The notes beneath the pieces were generated by a model that did no database searches, was not told the origin of the DNA, and was given only the letters and a program-made list of their open reading frames with translations. Shown here one piece after another: positions 48,300 to 58,862 of a DNA stretch of 64,000 nucleotides (position 1 is the stretch's first letter; the number at the start of each line of letters is the position of its first letter). This DNA comes from a virus (lineage: Duplodnaviria; Caudoviricetes): IMG/VR virus record IMGVR_UViG_3300011989_000257, positions 96,001 to 160,000 of that record. The stretch is one strand, 5' to 3'. Position numbers and translations under genes: made by a program.

Positions 48300-50624
48300 T
48301 TAATCTCCGTCAAAGAAATGACTGTTATGTGCTGAATCATTGTCATATATCTCATGGGCAATCTGTCCAAGTAGTTTGTTCACGTTCATGAACTCACCCT
48401 CAACCCAAAGATACAAGTCACCATTCTTCATTATCTCAACGGCATTGTTTCTGTTGGCATCATCAGTACCTATACCTACGCTGAATACTGTTTGTCCTGA
48501 AGGGTCTTCACTTTCATGGCTTATATTATATTCACCGAATGCAACCTCATGCTCACCATTGGTAACAAGAGTTTCATTATTCTTATAACCAAGTTTCCCA
48601 ATTAGTACTGCAAGTGCTGTATCAAGGTTAAAAACATCACCGCTAATTGCCTCAATATTCTCAGTATTAGCGCTTACTCTGTCACTAATGTCGGTATATG
48701 CTGACACGTCAAGTTTTTCATCAAGAAGTGCATCAGTCTCTTCTTTCTTATAATAGTCATCAAGGATTAATATTTCACTTATTGGCACAATCGTCTGTTT
48801 CTCACCATCAACGGTCATATATGTGATGATAAGATTGCCATCCTTAATTTCTATAGACTTGATTGTTCCATGTGTCTGTTCAAATTCATGAAATTCCCTA
48901 TGAAGAACATCAAGTATGCCATTTCCACTATCATCATAATCATCGGGGTTGCTTCCCTCCCACTCAGTGATTGCGTGTATTATGGTAGCGTTATGCGCAA
49001 TGGATTCCTTGGCAATTATTAAATCATTGCGAACCTCAGCAACATCATCAGAGATAAGGTTTTCCTGTCTAGTGGCTCTTTCAGTTTCAGCGTTAATCTT
49101 CGAATTGTAATCGCTTGTTATGATGCCCTTTTCTTCAGAAATCCTATCTTCAACATATCCAGTTGTTGCATATTTCGTTAGTTTCTGATTGATTTCGTCT
49201 TCAAGTTCTGAAAGTTCGGTACTGAAACCAGCAACGGCATCATCGGTATATGTTTCTGCGCTACTGATTGCTTGGCGTCTCATTTCCTTTGCAAAGTTCT
49301 TTGCGCCCCATATGGTATCAGCATCTCTGCTATCGCTTTCATCGCCTATAAGGTCAAGGTCTCCTTGTATTCTGTCAGCAATCTCTTTTGTAAGACCTGT
49401 TTCAACGGCATTGATTCTGCCATCGAATGCATCTACCTTCTCAACAGCCTCTTGAACATCTTCTTCAAGTGAATCAATCTTTGTTTGCATTAAATTGTCA
49501 ACAGTCGTTGACCTTTCAATTTCCCGATTAAGTCTATCTTCGATGGAGTCAACCTTGCCGCTAACTGTCTCAAGGTCAGTCTTATCAGCCTTTTTCTCGT
49601 CAAGTTCATTGAACTTGCACTCCATTTCAGTATGAAGTTCTTGGAGGTCTGAAACATTGGCCTTTGTATCTAATACATCATATATGTTTGCTATATCTGC
49701 TGTATTTGCGCTGACTTTTTCTTCAAGTTCGGAAATATCATCTGTGTTTTTCTGCACATCTTCTTCAAGTGCATCTATTGCTTCGCTATTTGCGCTAACA
49801 GCCTCAGCAATGTCTGCCATATCATTTGTGATGTCATCGATTTTTTCATTTGCATCATCGATTGCATCGTTAATTTCAGACAAAGCACTTGTAACTTCCC
49901 CACTGAATGCATCAACCTTTTCATCCACTTCATTGATTTTACTAGTGGTTTCTGCTGATACAGCATCAATTTTTTCATCGATATCATTCAGTTCATCTTC
50001 GATTTGCGTGAACCCACTTTCAATGATGTCAGTAACGTCTTCAATGTCTTCTATCTTAGCGTACATTGAATCACCGCTTTCTGCTGTGAGATAGCCTTGT
50101 TCCTTTACCCATTCTTGTGTTGCGAACGTCTCGCCGCTAGGAATTCTTTCATCAATTTCAGCCTTCGTGTACACATCATTACGGTGTGCGAATTCTGCAT
50201 CCGCATACCTTGTATAAGCGTTGAATCCTTGTCTTAATTCTGCGAGGTTGAATGCGGTATATCCAGATAACTCTTCAAGGTCGTTGATGGTGTCATCAAC
50301 AGCATCTGTTATTGCGCTTAATTGCTCAGCAAATTCATCGTCAACTGCTTTAAGTTCTTCTATGTCCCCAGACATACCACTTATAGCTTCAGCAAACGCT
50401 TCATTGACTTCACTTTGTGCAGCAATTAAGTTCTCCACGGTTCCAGAAAGTTCGAGCAAGTCTTTCTTATCTGCCTTCTCGCCTTCAAGGTCTTGGATTT
50501 CTTCATCTTGTTCCTTGTTCTTCTCACGGATATCTGACAAGTCGATATCTTCGAAACCAGCATATTTGTTCTGGTCTGGGAAGCCATAGAACTCCAAATG
50601 TCTTATAAATTGCTTTTTAGCCAT
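48300..50624 (-). CDS. long acidic coiled-coil fibre protein
   Basis: Heptad-rich D/E sequence; C-terminal VFSVGIG.....RNNA.EI..NGD.Y shared with 32975-36742. Confidence 0.7.
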   Translation of the reverse strand: MAKKQFIRHLEFYGFPDQNKYAGFEDIDLSDIREKNKEQDEEIQDLEGEKADKKDLLELSGTVENLIAAQSEVNEAFAEAISGMSGDIEELKAVDDEFAEQLSAITDAVDDTINDLEELSGYTAFNLAELRQGFNAYTRYADAEFAHRNDVYTKAEIDERIPSGETFATQEWVKEQGYLTAESGDSMYAKIEDIEDVTDIIESGFTQIEDELNDIDEKIDAVSAETTSKINEVDEKVDAFSGEVTSALSEINDAIDDANEKIDDITNDMADIAEAVSANSEAIDALEEDVQKNTDDISELEEKVSANTADIANIYDVLDTKANVSDLQELHTEMECKFNELDEKKADKTDLETVSGKVDSIEDRLNREIERSTTVDNLMQTKIDSLEEDVQEAVEKVDAFDGRINAVETGLTKEIADRIQGDLDLIGDESDSRDADTIWGAKNFAKEMRRQAISSAETYTDDAVAGFSTELSELEDEINQKLTKYATTGYVEDRISEEKGIITSDYNSKINAETERATRQENLISDDVAEVRNDLIIAKESIAHNATIIHAITEWEGSNPDDYDDSGNGILDVLHREFHEFEQTHGTIKSIEIKDGNLIITYMTVDGEKQTIVPISEILILDDYYKKEETDALLDEKLDVSAYTDISDRVSANTENIEAISGDVFNLDTALAVLIGKLGYKNNETLVTNGEHEVAFGEYNISHESEDPSGQTVFSVGIGTDDANRNNAVEIMKNGDLYLWVEGEFMNVNKLLGQIAHEIYDNDSAHNSHFFDGD

Positions 50625-50755
50625 AATTCTTTAAATATTTTAATTACGTAATTTACTATAAATAGTTAAAAAATATTAAAAGGGTATTTATTACCTTAAT
50701 AAATTTGGATGTTCCAAATATTTTTCGTATATTTGCATTAGAAATCATAAATGTT

Positions 50756-50998
50756 ATGAGATTATCAAATAAAAAATTACAAGAACGTTGTTGGCAAGAT
50801 GCCCAAGCTGTTTCTGACGAAATTAATGAATCAATTGTTTACGATGACCAAAAAGACAAATTCTTTACAGAGTCAAAGTATAGGATAGAATGCGAGAAGG
50901 TTGTATTGGCTTACAAAGACAAATACACTGAAGAAGATTGGCAAAGAGATAAATCAAACAATCACTTATTTTGGTATCATCCAAGAAAAAAGGAATAG
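50756..50998 (+). CDS. hypothetical protein (start moved to ATG 50756)
   Basis: Follows the -7 element at 50728; terminator at ~50990-51025. Confidence 0.65.
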   Translation: MRLSNKKLQERCWQDAQAVSDEINESIVYDDQKDKFFTESKYRIECEKVVLAYKDKYTEEDWQRDKSNNHLFWYHPRKKE

Positions 50999-51024
50999 CA
51001 TGTCGCTACTCCTTTATTTTTTTT

Positions 51025-52389
51025 TTAATAATTCTCAAAACGTCCACTTTTTGTTGGTTTATTAATTTGATTTCCAACTCCTAAATTATATTTTATTTGC
51101 ATTTCGCCAAATGTAATTGGAATAATGTACTCTATACCCAATTGTTTAGCTTGCATGCAAATATCAGAAAGAGTTGCGCCGCCACTAATATTATCATCAA
51201 AAATAACAAACACAGTACCTTTTATTTTTTCCATTTCTTGTTTTGCTATCTCGGCATTTATTGCAAAATAATTTTTCATACCCATTCTAGCATCGTTACT
51301 AAGTTTTTTAATCTGGAAATCTTGAGGCTGTAATTTATGCATTGGAATTGATTTAGCTTTAGTGCCCCTTAGATAAGGTTTAACAGTCTTCCAAACAAAT
51401 TCTGTTTTTCTTTTTTCTACTTGAGACTTAGTACCCTTTAAAGGAGAATACACAGCATCTCTATGTATGCCACCAATAGAATTTTCTATCTCTTTAAATC
51501 TTTCATATAGCTCTATATAAAACCTAGCCAAAGCCTTACCAAAGTTATCTCCATATGCCTTTCTGTTCATTATGCATCTATCCAATTTTGCATATGCATT
51601 ATTATAAGCGTCAATCAATGGCTTAGTGGTTTCAATTTTAGTAAATCTCTCCAATTCTTTATCTATATAATCATTATGTGTAATATTATTCTCGCCATTT
51701 TTGAACATTCTACTGTTATAATAGTTCTTATTCTTATTTATAAAATCAGTATCTTTTTGTAAATTGGATAAGTTTTTTTGAAATAAATTCATATTAATTT
51801 TAATTACTGGAAGACCATTCAGTTTAACCCTATTTTGCAACTGTGTGGCAACCATATCATTAAAATTACTACTACTATACACTGGATATATAGATACGCC
51901 ACTAAATTTGATTTTTCCTTTAGATTCTTGATACAATTTGTTTGTAACGTGTGAAATAACATTGTTCACTTTTGTATAAAACTGACTAAAAAATGCATTA
52001 TACTCTGGGTCATCCATCCATAATTCATATGATTCCTTTTGTCCATCGCCATCAAGGTCTATATCCATCTTTGCAAACTTATTCTTGAAATAGTGCATTA
52101 TCTCAGTACCTCTAATAGATGTAATGTTATAAGACATAATACCACCCTTTAAAGGAACTTCATAAGTATCTGAATTGTTCTGGTCCATCTTTCCTGTGTT
52201 TAAAAGCTCTAATGGATTCAATGTGCCAAAGTTTTTAGTTGGCGCAGAAGATGCTCTTTTTTTGTAAGATAATTGTATCTTGTTTTTCCCCTTTCTTCCA
52301 CTAGCATAAACATCTTCACCCAACAAACAAACCTTGTTCTCGCTTATATAAACCTTCTTACCGCTATTCTCAATCGTATATAATATCAT
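51025..52389 (-). CDS. protein with type I phosphoribosyltransferase domain
   Basis: PRPP loop VFVIFDDNISGGATL; upstream IYPVYSSS. Confidence 0.7.
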   Translation of the reverse strand: MILYTIENSGKKVYISENKVCLLGEDVYASGRKGKNKIQLSYKKRASSAPTKNFGTLNPLELLNTGKMDQNNSDTYEVPLKGGIMSYNITSIRGTEIMHYFKNKFAKMDIDLDGDGQKESYELWMDDPEYNAFFSQFYTKVNNVISHVTNKLYQESKGKIKFSGVSIYPVYSSSNFNDMVATQLQNRVKLNGLPVIKINMNLFQKNLSNLQKDTDFINKNKNYYNSRMFKNGENNITHNDYIDKELERFTKIETTKPLIDAYNNAYAKLDRCIMNRKAYGDNFGKALARFYIELYERFKEIENSIGGIHRDAVYSPLKGTKSQVEKRKTEFVWKTVKPYLRGTKAKSIPMHKLQPQDFQIKKLSNDARMGMKNYFAINAEIAKQEMEKIKGTVFVIFDDNISGGATLSDICMQAKQLGIEYIIPITFGEMQIKYNLGVGNQINKPTKSGRFENY

Positions 52390-52760
52390 AAAACTCCCTC
52401 TCCTAACACCTTATTTATCGATTCAATGATAGCCTTCCTTATGATAAATGACTCATTTTTCTCCCAATCATAATCTACATTGTCTCTCTCACCATTATAT
52501 GTATAGTAATCACCCATAATTGGATGTTTTCTAGGCTTCTGAGACACTTTCATACCCAAACCTTTATCGTACTCCACAGCTTCGTTAAAATGCCTTGTAA
52601 TGGCTGTAATTAGACTTTGGTCATAACCTATCTTACCACCAAACTGCTTCTTCGTATATCCAAGTTTATTAGCCATATACATAATGGTTTGTGGCTTGAA
52701 CTTATAACATTGTCCCTCAGTTCTGAATCTTTTTATTATTTGATTTATAGTTAAAATCAT
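52386..52760 (-). CDS. hypothetical protein
   Basis: 124 aa; C-terminal NES.IIRKAIIESINKVLGE motif; coupled to the PRTase gene. Confidence 0.65.
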   Translation of the reverse strand: MILTINQIIKRFRTEGQCYKFKPQTIMYMANKLGYTKKQFGGKIGYDQSLITAITRHFNEAVEYDKGLGMKVSQKPRKHPIMGDYYTYNGERDNVDYDWEKNESFIIRKAIIESINKVLGEGVL

Positions 52761-52937
52761 ACCTACTAAAACTATTTATTACTGATAAATATCATATTAT
52801 TTTTAAAAACATTTTTTAACAATTTATTTGTTTTTTAATTTTTTTTAATATATCTTTGCAAAAATTATAAACTGATGACATTCAAATATGTCTCTAAGTT
52901 TAAAGAAAATAACTAAAGCAAACAATTTAAATGGAAA

Positions 52938-55900
52938 ATGAAAGAGATTACAACAGATGTTGTTAACACCTTCTTAACTGGCCATGACCCAATGGAACGA
53001 ATCATATCTATTGAATGTGCATGGGATGAAAATCAAGTCAGCATAATATATGTCGATGACAAAGGTGTTAAGAGAATCAAAAAAGATGATTTCAAACCAT
53101 TCATTTGGGTAAAACACAGTGCAGCTATAAGACTGTTTAACGGTAATAGGGCTGAACTGAGGAAACAATTGAGAATCTACGGAATCTCAATCAAGAAACT
53201 AATCACAGAGAATAATGACGGAACTGAACACGAAAGACTAGAAAGTGGCTATAAATACCTATTCTATGCCACTAGGAAAATGTCAAACCAAGTATTCCAA
53301 TCATTCTTCTCAAAAGCTGGAGTCCCTATTCACCCAAGACAGAAAAAAGGTGAACCACCAATCTCAAATAGAGAGTTCATGGGAGTCACACCAATAGAGC
53401 AATACATGATTGCTACTGGACGTAGGCTCTTTAAGGGTTATGATACATACAATGAACTCAATCGCTTTATATTCGACTTGGAAACACAAGGTCTAGACCC
53501 CAAAAGACACAGAATCGAACAGATTGGTATACGCACCAATAAAGGGTATGAAAAGATAATCGAAGTCGAAGGAAACACAAAGGAAGAACTAGAAGCAAGC
53601 GAGATTTCTGCAATAAGAGAATTCCTACAAATATTAGCCGAATTGAAACCAGATACAGTGGTAGGGCATAACTCTGAAAACTTCGACTGGAATTTTTTCA
53701 TTGTCCGTTGTGAACATTATGGTATAGACTTCTCACAGTTATCACTCGAATATTTCAAACACGCAATATATAAAAAGAAAAAAGAAGCAGTACTTAAACT
53801 TGGTGGAGAAGTAGAGTACTACTATCCAACAATTATGTGGGGACATAACGTTCTTGATTCACTTCATGCAGCACGTAGAGCGCAAGCAATAGATTCAAAC
53901 ATGAAGAAATCAAACTTGAAATATGTAACAAAATATCTTAATCTTAAAAAACCAAACAGAGTATATGTTCCAGGTGATAAGATTAGCGACACATGGAATG
54001 TTAAAGAAAAAACATATGGACTCTGTGAAGAGGATGGCGATTGGTATAAAGTAACTGATAAAAAACCTTTACTAAAAGGATATAACCTAGTAAGTGGTAG
54101 ATATATAGTCGAAAGATACCTTCTCGATGATATTTGGGAAACTGATAAGGTGGAAGATAAACTTAATGAGTCTAACTTCCTTGTCGGTAAAATGCTACCA
54201 ACAAACTTCTCAAGAACATGTACAATGGGTACAGCTGGTATTTGGAAACTTATCATGCTTGCATGGTGTTATGAAAATGACCTAGCTATTCCAGCGGCTG
54301 CACCAAATAAACGATTCACAGGAGGTCTTTCACGACTTCTTAAAACAGGCTATGTTGACCGTATCGTGAAGCTTGACTACAACTCACTTTACCCATCTGT
54401 AATCCTTACATGGCACATATCAACTCCTATTGATGTAATGAATGTCATGCTTTCATTCCTTGAATATATCTTGACACAACGTGAGAAATATAAGGGACTT
54501 AAAGCAGATGCAGGAGATAAAGTCGATTCACTTAAGGACAAACTTAAGACTGCCGAAGGTGATGAAAAGGCTGAAATCGAGGAACAAATCACATTCTGGA
54601 AGGCTGAGAAGAGTGGTAACGATAAGAAACAGTTGCCTCTTAAGATTCTTGCAAACTCATTCTTCGGTGGCTATGGTTCACCAAACGTATTCCCATTCGG
54701 AGATATTCTTGCAGCAGAGAAAACAACTTGTATTAGCAGAATGGCGTTGAGACTTATGATATCTCACTTTAAATCAATTGGTTACGAGCCAATTGTTGGT
54801 GACACGGATGGTTTCAACTTTCAAATGCCAAGAGAAGAGGACTTCAGATATACAAAGGAACATCCATATATTTCAAATGGAGCTGGTCGTAACTCAATTA
54901 AAGGTAAGGAATATACACGTGTCGATGCTGACGTAGCAGAATTCGAGGACATCTACCTATCACAAGCGTATAATGGCGGCATTAATAAGATGGGTCTTGG
55001 TATTGACGAATATTGCGATGCTTGTATCCAGTTCGCAAGAAAGAACTACGCCGACTTGATGCCAGATGGTAAAACCAAGAAAGTGGGTAATACCATCAAA
55101 TCTAGAAAAATGAGTGGATACCTTGAGAAATTCATCGATGAAGGAGTTGACCTCTTACTTAGAAATAATGGCTACAAGTTCCTATCCAATTATTATGACT
55201 ATGTTGAGAAAATATACAACTACCAAATTCCAATCAGAGACATAGCATCAAAAGGTAACATCAAGAAAACACTTGCTGAGTATGAAGCTGATTGTAAGAC
55301 ACTTACAAAGGCTGGTTCAAAGAAATCACGTCAAGCTTGGTATGAACTTGCACTTAAAGAAGGACTCACACCAAATGTAGGAGATACAGTATATTATATT
55401 AACACAGGAACGAAGAAAGGACATACAGACGTTAAACGTGTTACACATTATTATAATTACGTTGACGGAGAAAAAATTGAAATAACGAAGGAACTTGAAA
55501 AGGAATATAAACTATACACAAAGGAACTACCAAAGGGTACTAAAGATAAGAAAAATAGACTTGAGTTTGCTAGAGAAAAATATGGGGCAAAGGTGTTCGA
55601 TGAGGATGAAGTTATCCTTAACTGTAAACTAGTTCCTTCAAAAATACTTGATATGGAGGAAGATGTTCTTTGCAGTGATTATGAAGGACTTGAATATAAC
55701 GTTGAGAAATATATTGAACAGTTTAATAAAAGAATAACCCCGTTATTAGTGTGCTTCCATCCAGATATAAGGAACAAGATACTTGTAACCAATCCAAAAG
55801 AAAAGAAATTCTTCACAGAAGAAGAATCTAAACTTGTAAGCGGATATCCAAATAAGGAAGGAGACCAAGATACGTATGAGGCACTGATGACCCCAGAGAA

Positions 55901-56267
55901 GAAAGAAATCGAATATTGGCTCAAGATTAACGAAGTTCCACCATTCGTTAAGGAATGTGGAATCGATTGGGATGCCCTAGTTGAGAAGTACAAGAAAGAA
56001 AAGGAAGAAGAGAATAATGCTCTGTTCCAAGAGGAAAACCAGAAGTATCTCGATGCTCTTGAGGAAATCACCAATGATGAAGTTGAGGAATTCGAAGAGG
56101 AAGGTAAGCTGCCACAAGTACTTGAGACATTGGTAACACTTAACTCAGCAGATATGAGGCTGTATTTCAAGAAGATACCAAATCGTACACCTTCAACTGG
56201 TGGATTTGTTTTTGAAGATATACAGTATAACTACGCTGAAACTGTCGATGCACTTGCAGACTTCTAA
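52938..56267 (+). CDS. family B DNA polymerase with 3'-5' exonuclease
   Basis: FDLETQG, GHNSENFDW, YLLDD, DYNSLYPS, KILANSFFG, GDTDG, RKNYA. Confidence 0.95.
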   Translation: MKEITTDVVNTFLTGHDPMERIISIECAWDENQVSIIYVDDKGVKRIKKDDFKPFIWVKHSAAIRLFNGNRAELRKQLRIYGISIKKLITENNDGTEHERLESGYKYLFYATRKMSNQVFQSFFSKAGVPIHPRQKKGEPPISNREFMGVTPIEQYMIATGRRLFKGYDTYNELNRFIFDLETQGLDPKRHRIEQIGIRTNKGYEKIIEVEGNTKEELEASEISAIREFLQILAELKPDTVVGHNSENFDWNFFIVRCEHYGIDFSQLSLEYFKHAIYKKKKEAVLKLGGEVEYYYPTIMWGHNVLDSLHAARRAQAIDSNMKKSNLKYVTKYLNLKKPNRVYVPGDKISDTWNVKEKTYGLCEEDGDWYKVTDKKPLLKGYNLVSGRYIVERYLLDDIWETDKVEDKLNESNFLVGKMLPTNFSRTCTMGTAGIWKLIMLAWCYENDLAIPAAAPNKRFTGGLSRLLKTGYVDRIVKLDYNSLYPSVILTWHISTPIDVMNVMLSFLEYILTQREKYKGLKADAGDKVDSLKDKLKTAEGDEKAEIEEQITFWKAEKSGNDKKQLPLKILANSFFGGYGSPNVFPFGDILAAEKTTCISRMALRLMISHFKSIGYEPIVGDTDGFNFQMPREEDFRYTKEHPYISNGAGRNSIKGKEYTRVDADVAEFEDIYLSQAYNGGINKMGLGIDEYCDACIQFARKNYADLMPDGKTKKVGNTIKSRKMSGYLEKFIDEGVDLLLRNNGYKFLSNYYDYVEKIYNYQIPIRDIASKGNIKKTLAEYEADCKTLTKAGSKKSRQAWYELALKEGLTPNVGDTVYYINTGTKKGHTDVKRVTHYYNYVDGEKIEITKELEKEYKLYTKELPKGTKDKKNRLEFAREKYGAKVFDEDEVILNCKLVPSKILDMEEDVLCSDYEGLEYNVEKYIEQFNKRITPLLVCFHPDIRNKILVTNPKEKKFFTEEESKLVSGYPNKEGDQDTYEALMTPEKKEIEYWLKINEVPPFVKECGIDWDALVEKYKKEKEEENNALFQEENQKYLDALEEITNDEVEEFEEEGKLPQVLETLVTLNSADMRLYFKKIPNRTPSTGGFVFEDIQYNYAETVDALADF

Positions 56268-56272
56268 GATTA

Positions 56273-56310
56273 AAAAAAAGAGGTAAGAAACCAATCTTAC
56301 CTCTTTTTTT
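56273..56310. terminator. bidirectional terminator
   Basis: A-tract-GAGGTAAGA-loop-TCTTACCTC-T-tract between convergent genes. Confidence 0.85.
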
Positions 56311-56315
56311 AATTT

Positions 56316-58115
56316 TTATTTCTTACCGCCAAAATTCTTGGCAAAATTCGCTTTTTTAACCATTGCTGGAGAATAATTGTCCTTGTTCTTTAACACTTGA
56401 TTTGCAAAACCTTGAACAGATTTGCCATGCTTTGTTGCGGCAGCAGTAAACGTGCCTTTTTTTGATGGCTTTATCTCAATGTTACTTGATTCTCTCATTT
56501 CCTTTATGGCTCTTATTGCAGCCTCCTTTACAATTGTCTTCAATTCAGCCTCAGTAACTTTCACTGGTCTTTTTGATTCATTGTACTTATATGGGTCATA
56601 AGAAAAATCTACATCGCCCAATTCATCTGTATCTCTTTTGCCATTAATCCATTTGTTCATTAAGTTCTTACCACGTTCATTATCTCTATCAGTCCAATAA
56701 GCTGCATGGTCTCTTCTATCTTGGGCAGCATCCATTATGTCATGCTGTCTGTCAATCGGAGATTTGCCAACATTATTCATTCTATGGTATAAACCCCATG
56801 AATAATCATTCTCCATATCTTTATCGCCATCTACCCACTCATCATCATCCCAAGAGTTAGGGGGATTAAATGGATTGTCCAAATAATCACCATTTGCAGC
56901 AGAATCAGCCAATGCCAATTCCTCATCACTTGGTTCACTCTTATTCCATCTTCCACTGAAGTTGTCAACATCATAGTTTAATGGGGTTTCAGATAATATC
57001 CTAATTGCAGCTTCTTTAACAACTTGTTTAAGCTCTGCTTCAGATAACTTTATATGCCTACTTTCATTTTCAAACCCATTCTGAAAATCTTTATAATCTT
57101 CCTTCTGACTCCTCCTCTTATTCAAACTGTTCATAGCATTTTGATAAGGTTTAACATCACCTCTTAATATACCACGCAATGCAGCACGACCCATTTTATT
57201 TCTAACCTCTGGTGTGTCACCATATTCATTAATTGATTCGTTTCTCATTTCTCTATTTTCTAATACACGATTATTCTTAGGCCATAATACAATGCAAGTA
57301 TCATAACGACTAAATGGGTCACTAACGGTTCCAGCTGCCATACACTTAATGTAGCCATCAATATTCATACCGTCCTCAAACATTATCTTAATGGCATATT
57401 GCTTTGAACGTGGCATGTTATCATATGGGTCATAATCAGTATATCCACCGTCAGACTCCATACTGTCAGCGTTGCTTAAACTAGCACAAGGCTTCATCTC
57501 AACCTCACACCCCAATGACGATATTGCTCTATAATAATCGCTTATCGCTTGCCAATTCTCATCATGATATATCTTGGAATCAATACCATATTTCTTTACA
57601 ATCCTATATATCTGGTTAATTCTAGCCTTAATTGACTTGGGTTTCCTTCCCATGAACTTGTCAACCTCATCATGATTCGCTAGATTCTTTGGCATTGATT
57701 CATTAATCTTTGCCTTAAGCCTCTCCTTAAGTTCTTCCTTAAGCGTAAAGTTAACCAAATATAACTTCCTCTGCATGTCAGATAAGAAACTCTCACAATC
57801 ACTTGCCATGCCAACGTAAGTGTCACCCATATCTTTCACCTCTTTGTAAAAAGTATTGGTCTCATCCAATACATCTTGGACAAATGATTTCAAATCCTTA
57901 ATCTTATATTCAGTAGGCTTAAGAGAGTTAACCTTTAAGTTGCCAGTTATAGACTGCTCAACCTCAGATACAGTATCTTGAAACTCAGCAATGCTATCTG
58001 CAATGTCATCACATAACTCATGTTGGGACATATTCTTAGCATCCCAATGCAATTGCTTAATTGCAGTTTTATAACCCTCAAGCTTATTTACAAAATCTAG
58101 AACTTTTTTGTTCAT
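56316..58115 (-). CDS. multi-module protein: N-terminal ferritin/Dps-like domain, internal 'KLSEAELK..VKEA' linkers, basic C-terminal module
   Basis: KQLHW...HELCD...D...E four-helix-bundle ligands; repeated linker motifs. Confidence 0.65.
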   Translation of the reverse strand: MNKKVLDFVNKLEGYKTAIKQLHWDAKNMSQHELCDDIADSIAEFQDTVSEVEQSITGNLKVNSLKPTEYKIKDLKSFVQDVLDETNTFYKEVKDMGDTYVGMASDCESFLSDMQRKLYLVNFTLKEELKERLKAKINESMPKNLANHDEVDKFMGRKPKSIKARINQIYRIVKKYGIDSKIYHDENWQAISDYYRAISSLGCEVEMKPCASLSNADSMESDGGYTDYDPYDNMPRSKQYAIKIMFEDGMNIDGYIKCMAAGTVSDPFSRYDTCIVLWPKNNRVLENREMRNESINEYGDTPEVRNKMGRAALRGILRGDVKPYQNAMNSLNKRRSQKEDYKDFQNGFENESRHIKLSEAELKQVVKEAAIRILSETPLNYDVDNFSGRWNKSEPSDEELALADSAANGDYLDNPFNPPNSWDDDEWVDGDKDMENDYSWGLYHRMNNVGKSPIDRQHDIMDAAQDRRDHAAYWTDRDNERGKNLMNKWINGKRDTDELGDVDFSYDPYKYNESKRPVKVTEAELKTIVKEAAIRAIKEMRESSNIEIKPSKKGTFTAAATKHGKSVQGFANQVLKNKDNYSPAMVKKANFAKNFGGKK

Positions 58116-58135
58116 ATTTCCCTTTATTTATTCCT

Positions 58136-58552
58136 TTATTTATCTGGTGCATAATCATCATATTCATCAATTGAAACACCTTCATCTGTTTCTTTCTTGC
58201 CGCTAATTCTCCTCTTCCTTCTCCTTTCAGCTCTCATGTCCTCAATATCTTCCTCAGCCTCAGCTTGCATTTTCTCACCCTCAACCCAAGAACGAGTCTT
58301 AAGTTTTCCATCGACGAATGCCTTTGGAACGCCAGATGATAAAATATACCCGCCTCCGCATAAAAGAAAAATACCAAGGTCAGTAAGATTGGTGTCAACC
58401 TTGCCATCATATGTAACATCATATATCAATACAAAACATATTACAAAACCTATGATAACACCCATAAGAGCAGATGCCAACAACGTTATGCTATTGACAC
58501 TCATGGACGATTTATCGTCAATTGATGCTTTTATGTTTTTTATTACTCCCAT
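58136..58552 (-). CDS. two-TM membrane protein, holin-like
   Basis: Two hydrophobic segments and a charged C-tail; TATTTATA upstream. Confidence 0.45.
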   Translation of the reverse strand: MGVIKNIKASIDDKSSMSVNSITLLASALMGVIIGFVICFVLIYDVTYDGKVDTNLTDLGIFLLCGGGYILSSGVPKAFVDGKLKTRSWVEGEKMQAEAEEDIEDMRAERRRKRRISGKKETDEGVSIDEYDDYAPDK

Positions 58553-58589
58553 ATATGATATAAATAGTTTCTAAAATGGTAAAATTACC

Positions 58590-58862
58590 TTATAATTCCA
58601 TATTTCTATATTGTTGGTATGAAATACCTTTAGGCTTGTAATTCTTAACCCAATCAGCATATGTATGCAACTTGAAATCACTCCTTGGTGGCATATAATT
58701 CGCACGTGAAGCGTTGCCTGGATGCATCCTATCCATCTTGGTCTCCGCATCCCAAGGTGTCAACCCACCGTTACTCTGATTAATGCCATTGAAAAACTCC
58801 AATGCATCAACCTCTTCCCTAATAATCTCTCTAATTCTATCCTTGTTCATCATTCTCTTCAA
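58590..58862 (-). CDS. hypothetical protein with 'IREIIREEV' leader
   Basis: 90-aa ORF overlapping the upstream gene end. Confidence 0.6.
   Translation of the reverse strand: MKRMMNKDRIREIIREEVDALEFFNGINQSNGGLTPWDAETKMDRMHPGNASRANYMPPRSDFKLHTYADWVKNYKPKGISYQQYRNMEL

Noticed and set aside
28100-50700. DGR template repeat or reverse transcriptase within the window
   Set aside because: No RT motifs and no non-coding AAC-rich copy of the lectin tails were found by eye.
5620-50755. TTG starts at 5638, 11627, 18266 and 50705
   Set aside because: These TTGs fall inside the TTTG promoter elements; downstream ATGs (5617, 11645, 18284, 50756) are more plausible.
52938-56267. Intein in the DNA polymerase
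   Set aside because: No intein splice-junction or LAGLIDADG motifs were seen interrupting the conserved motifs.
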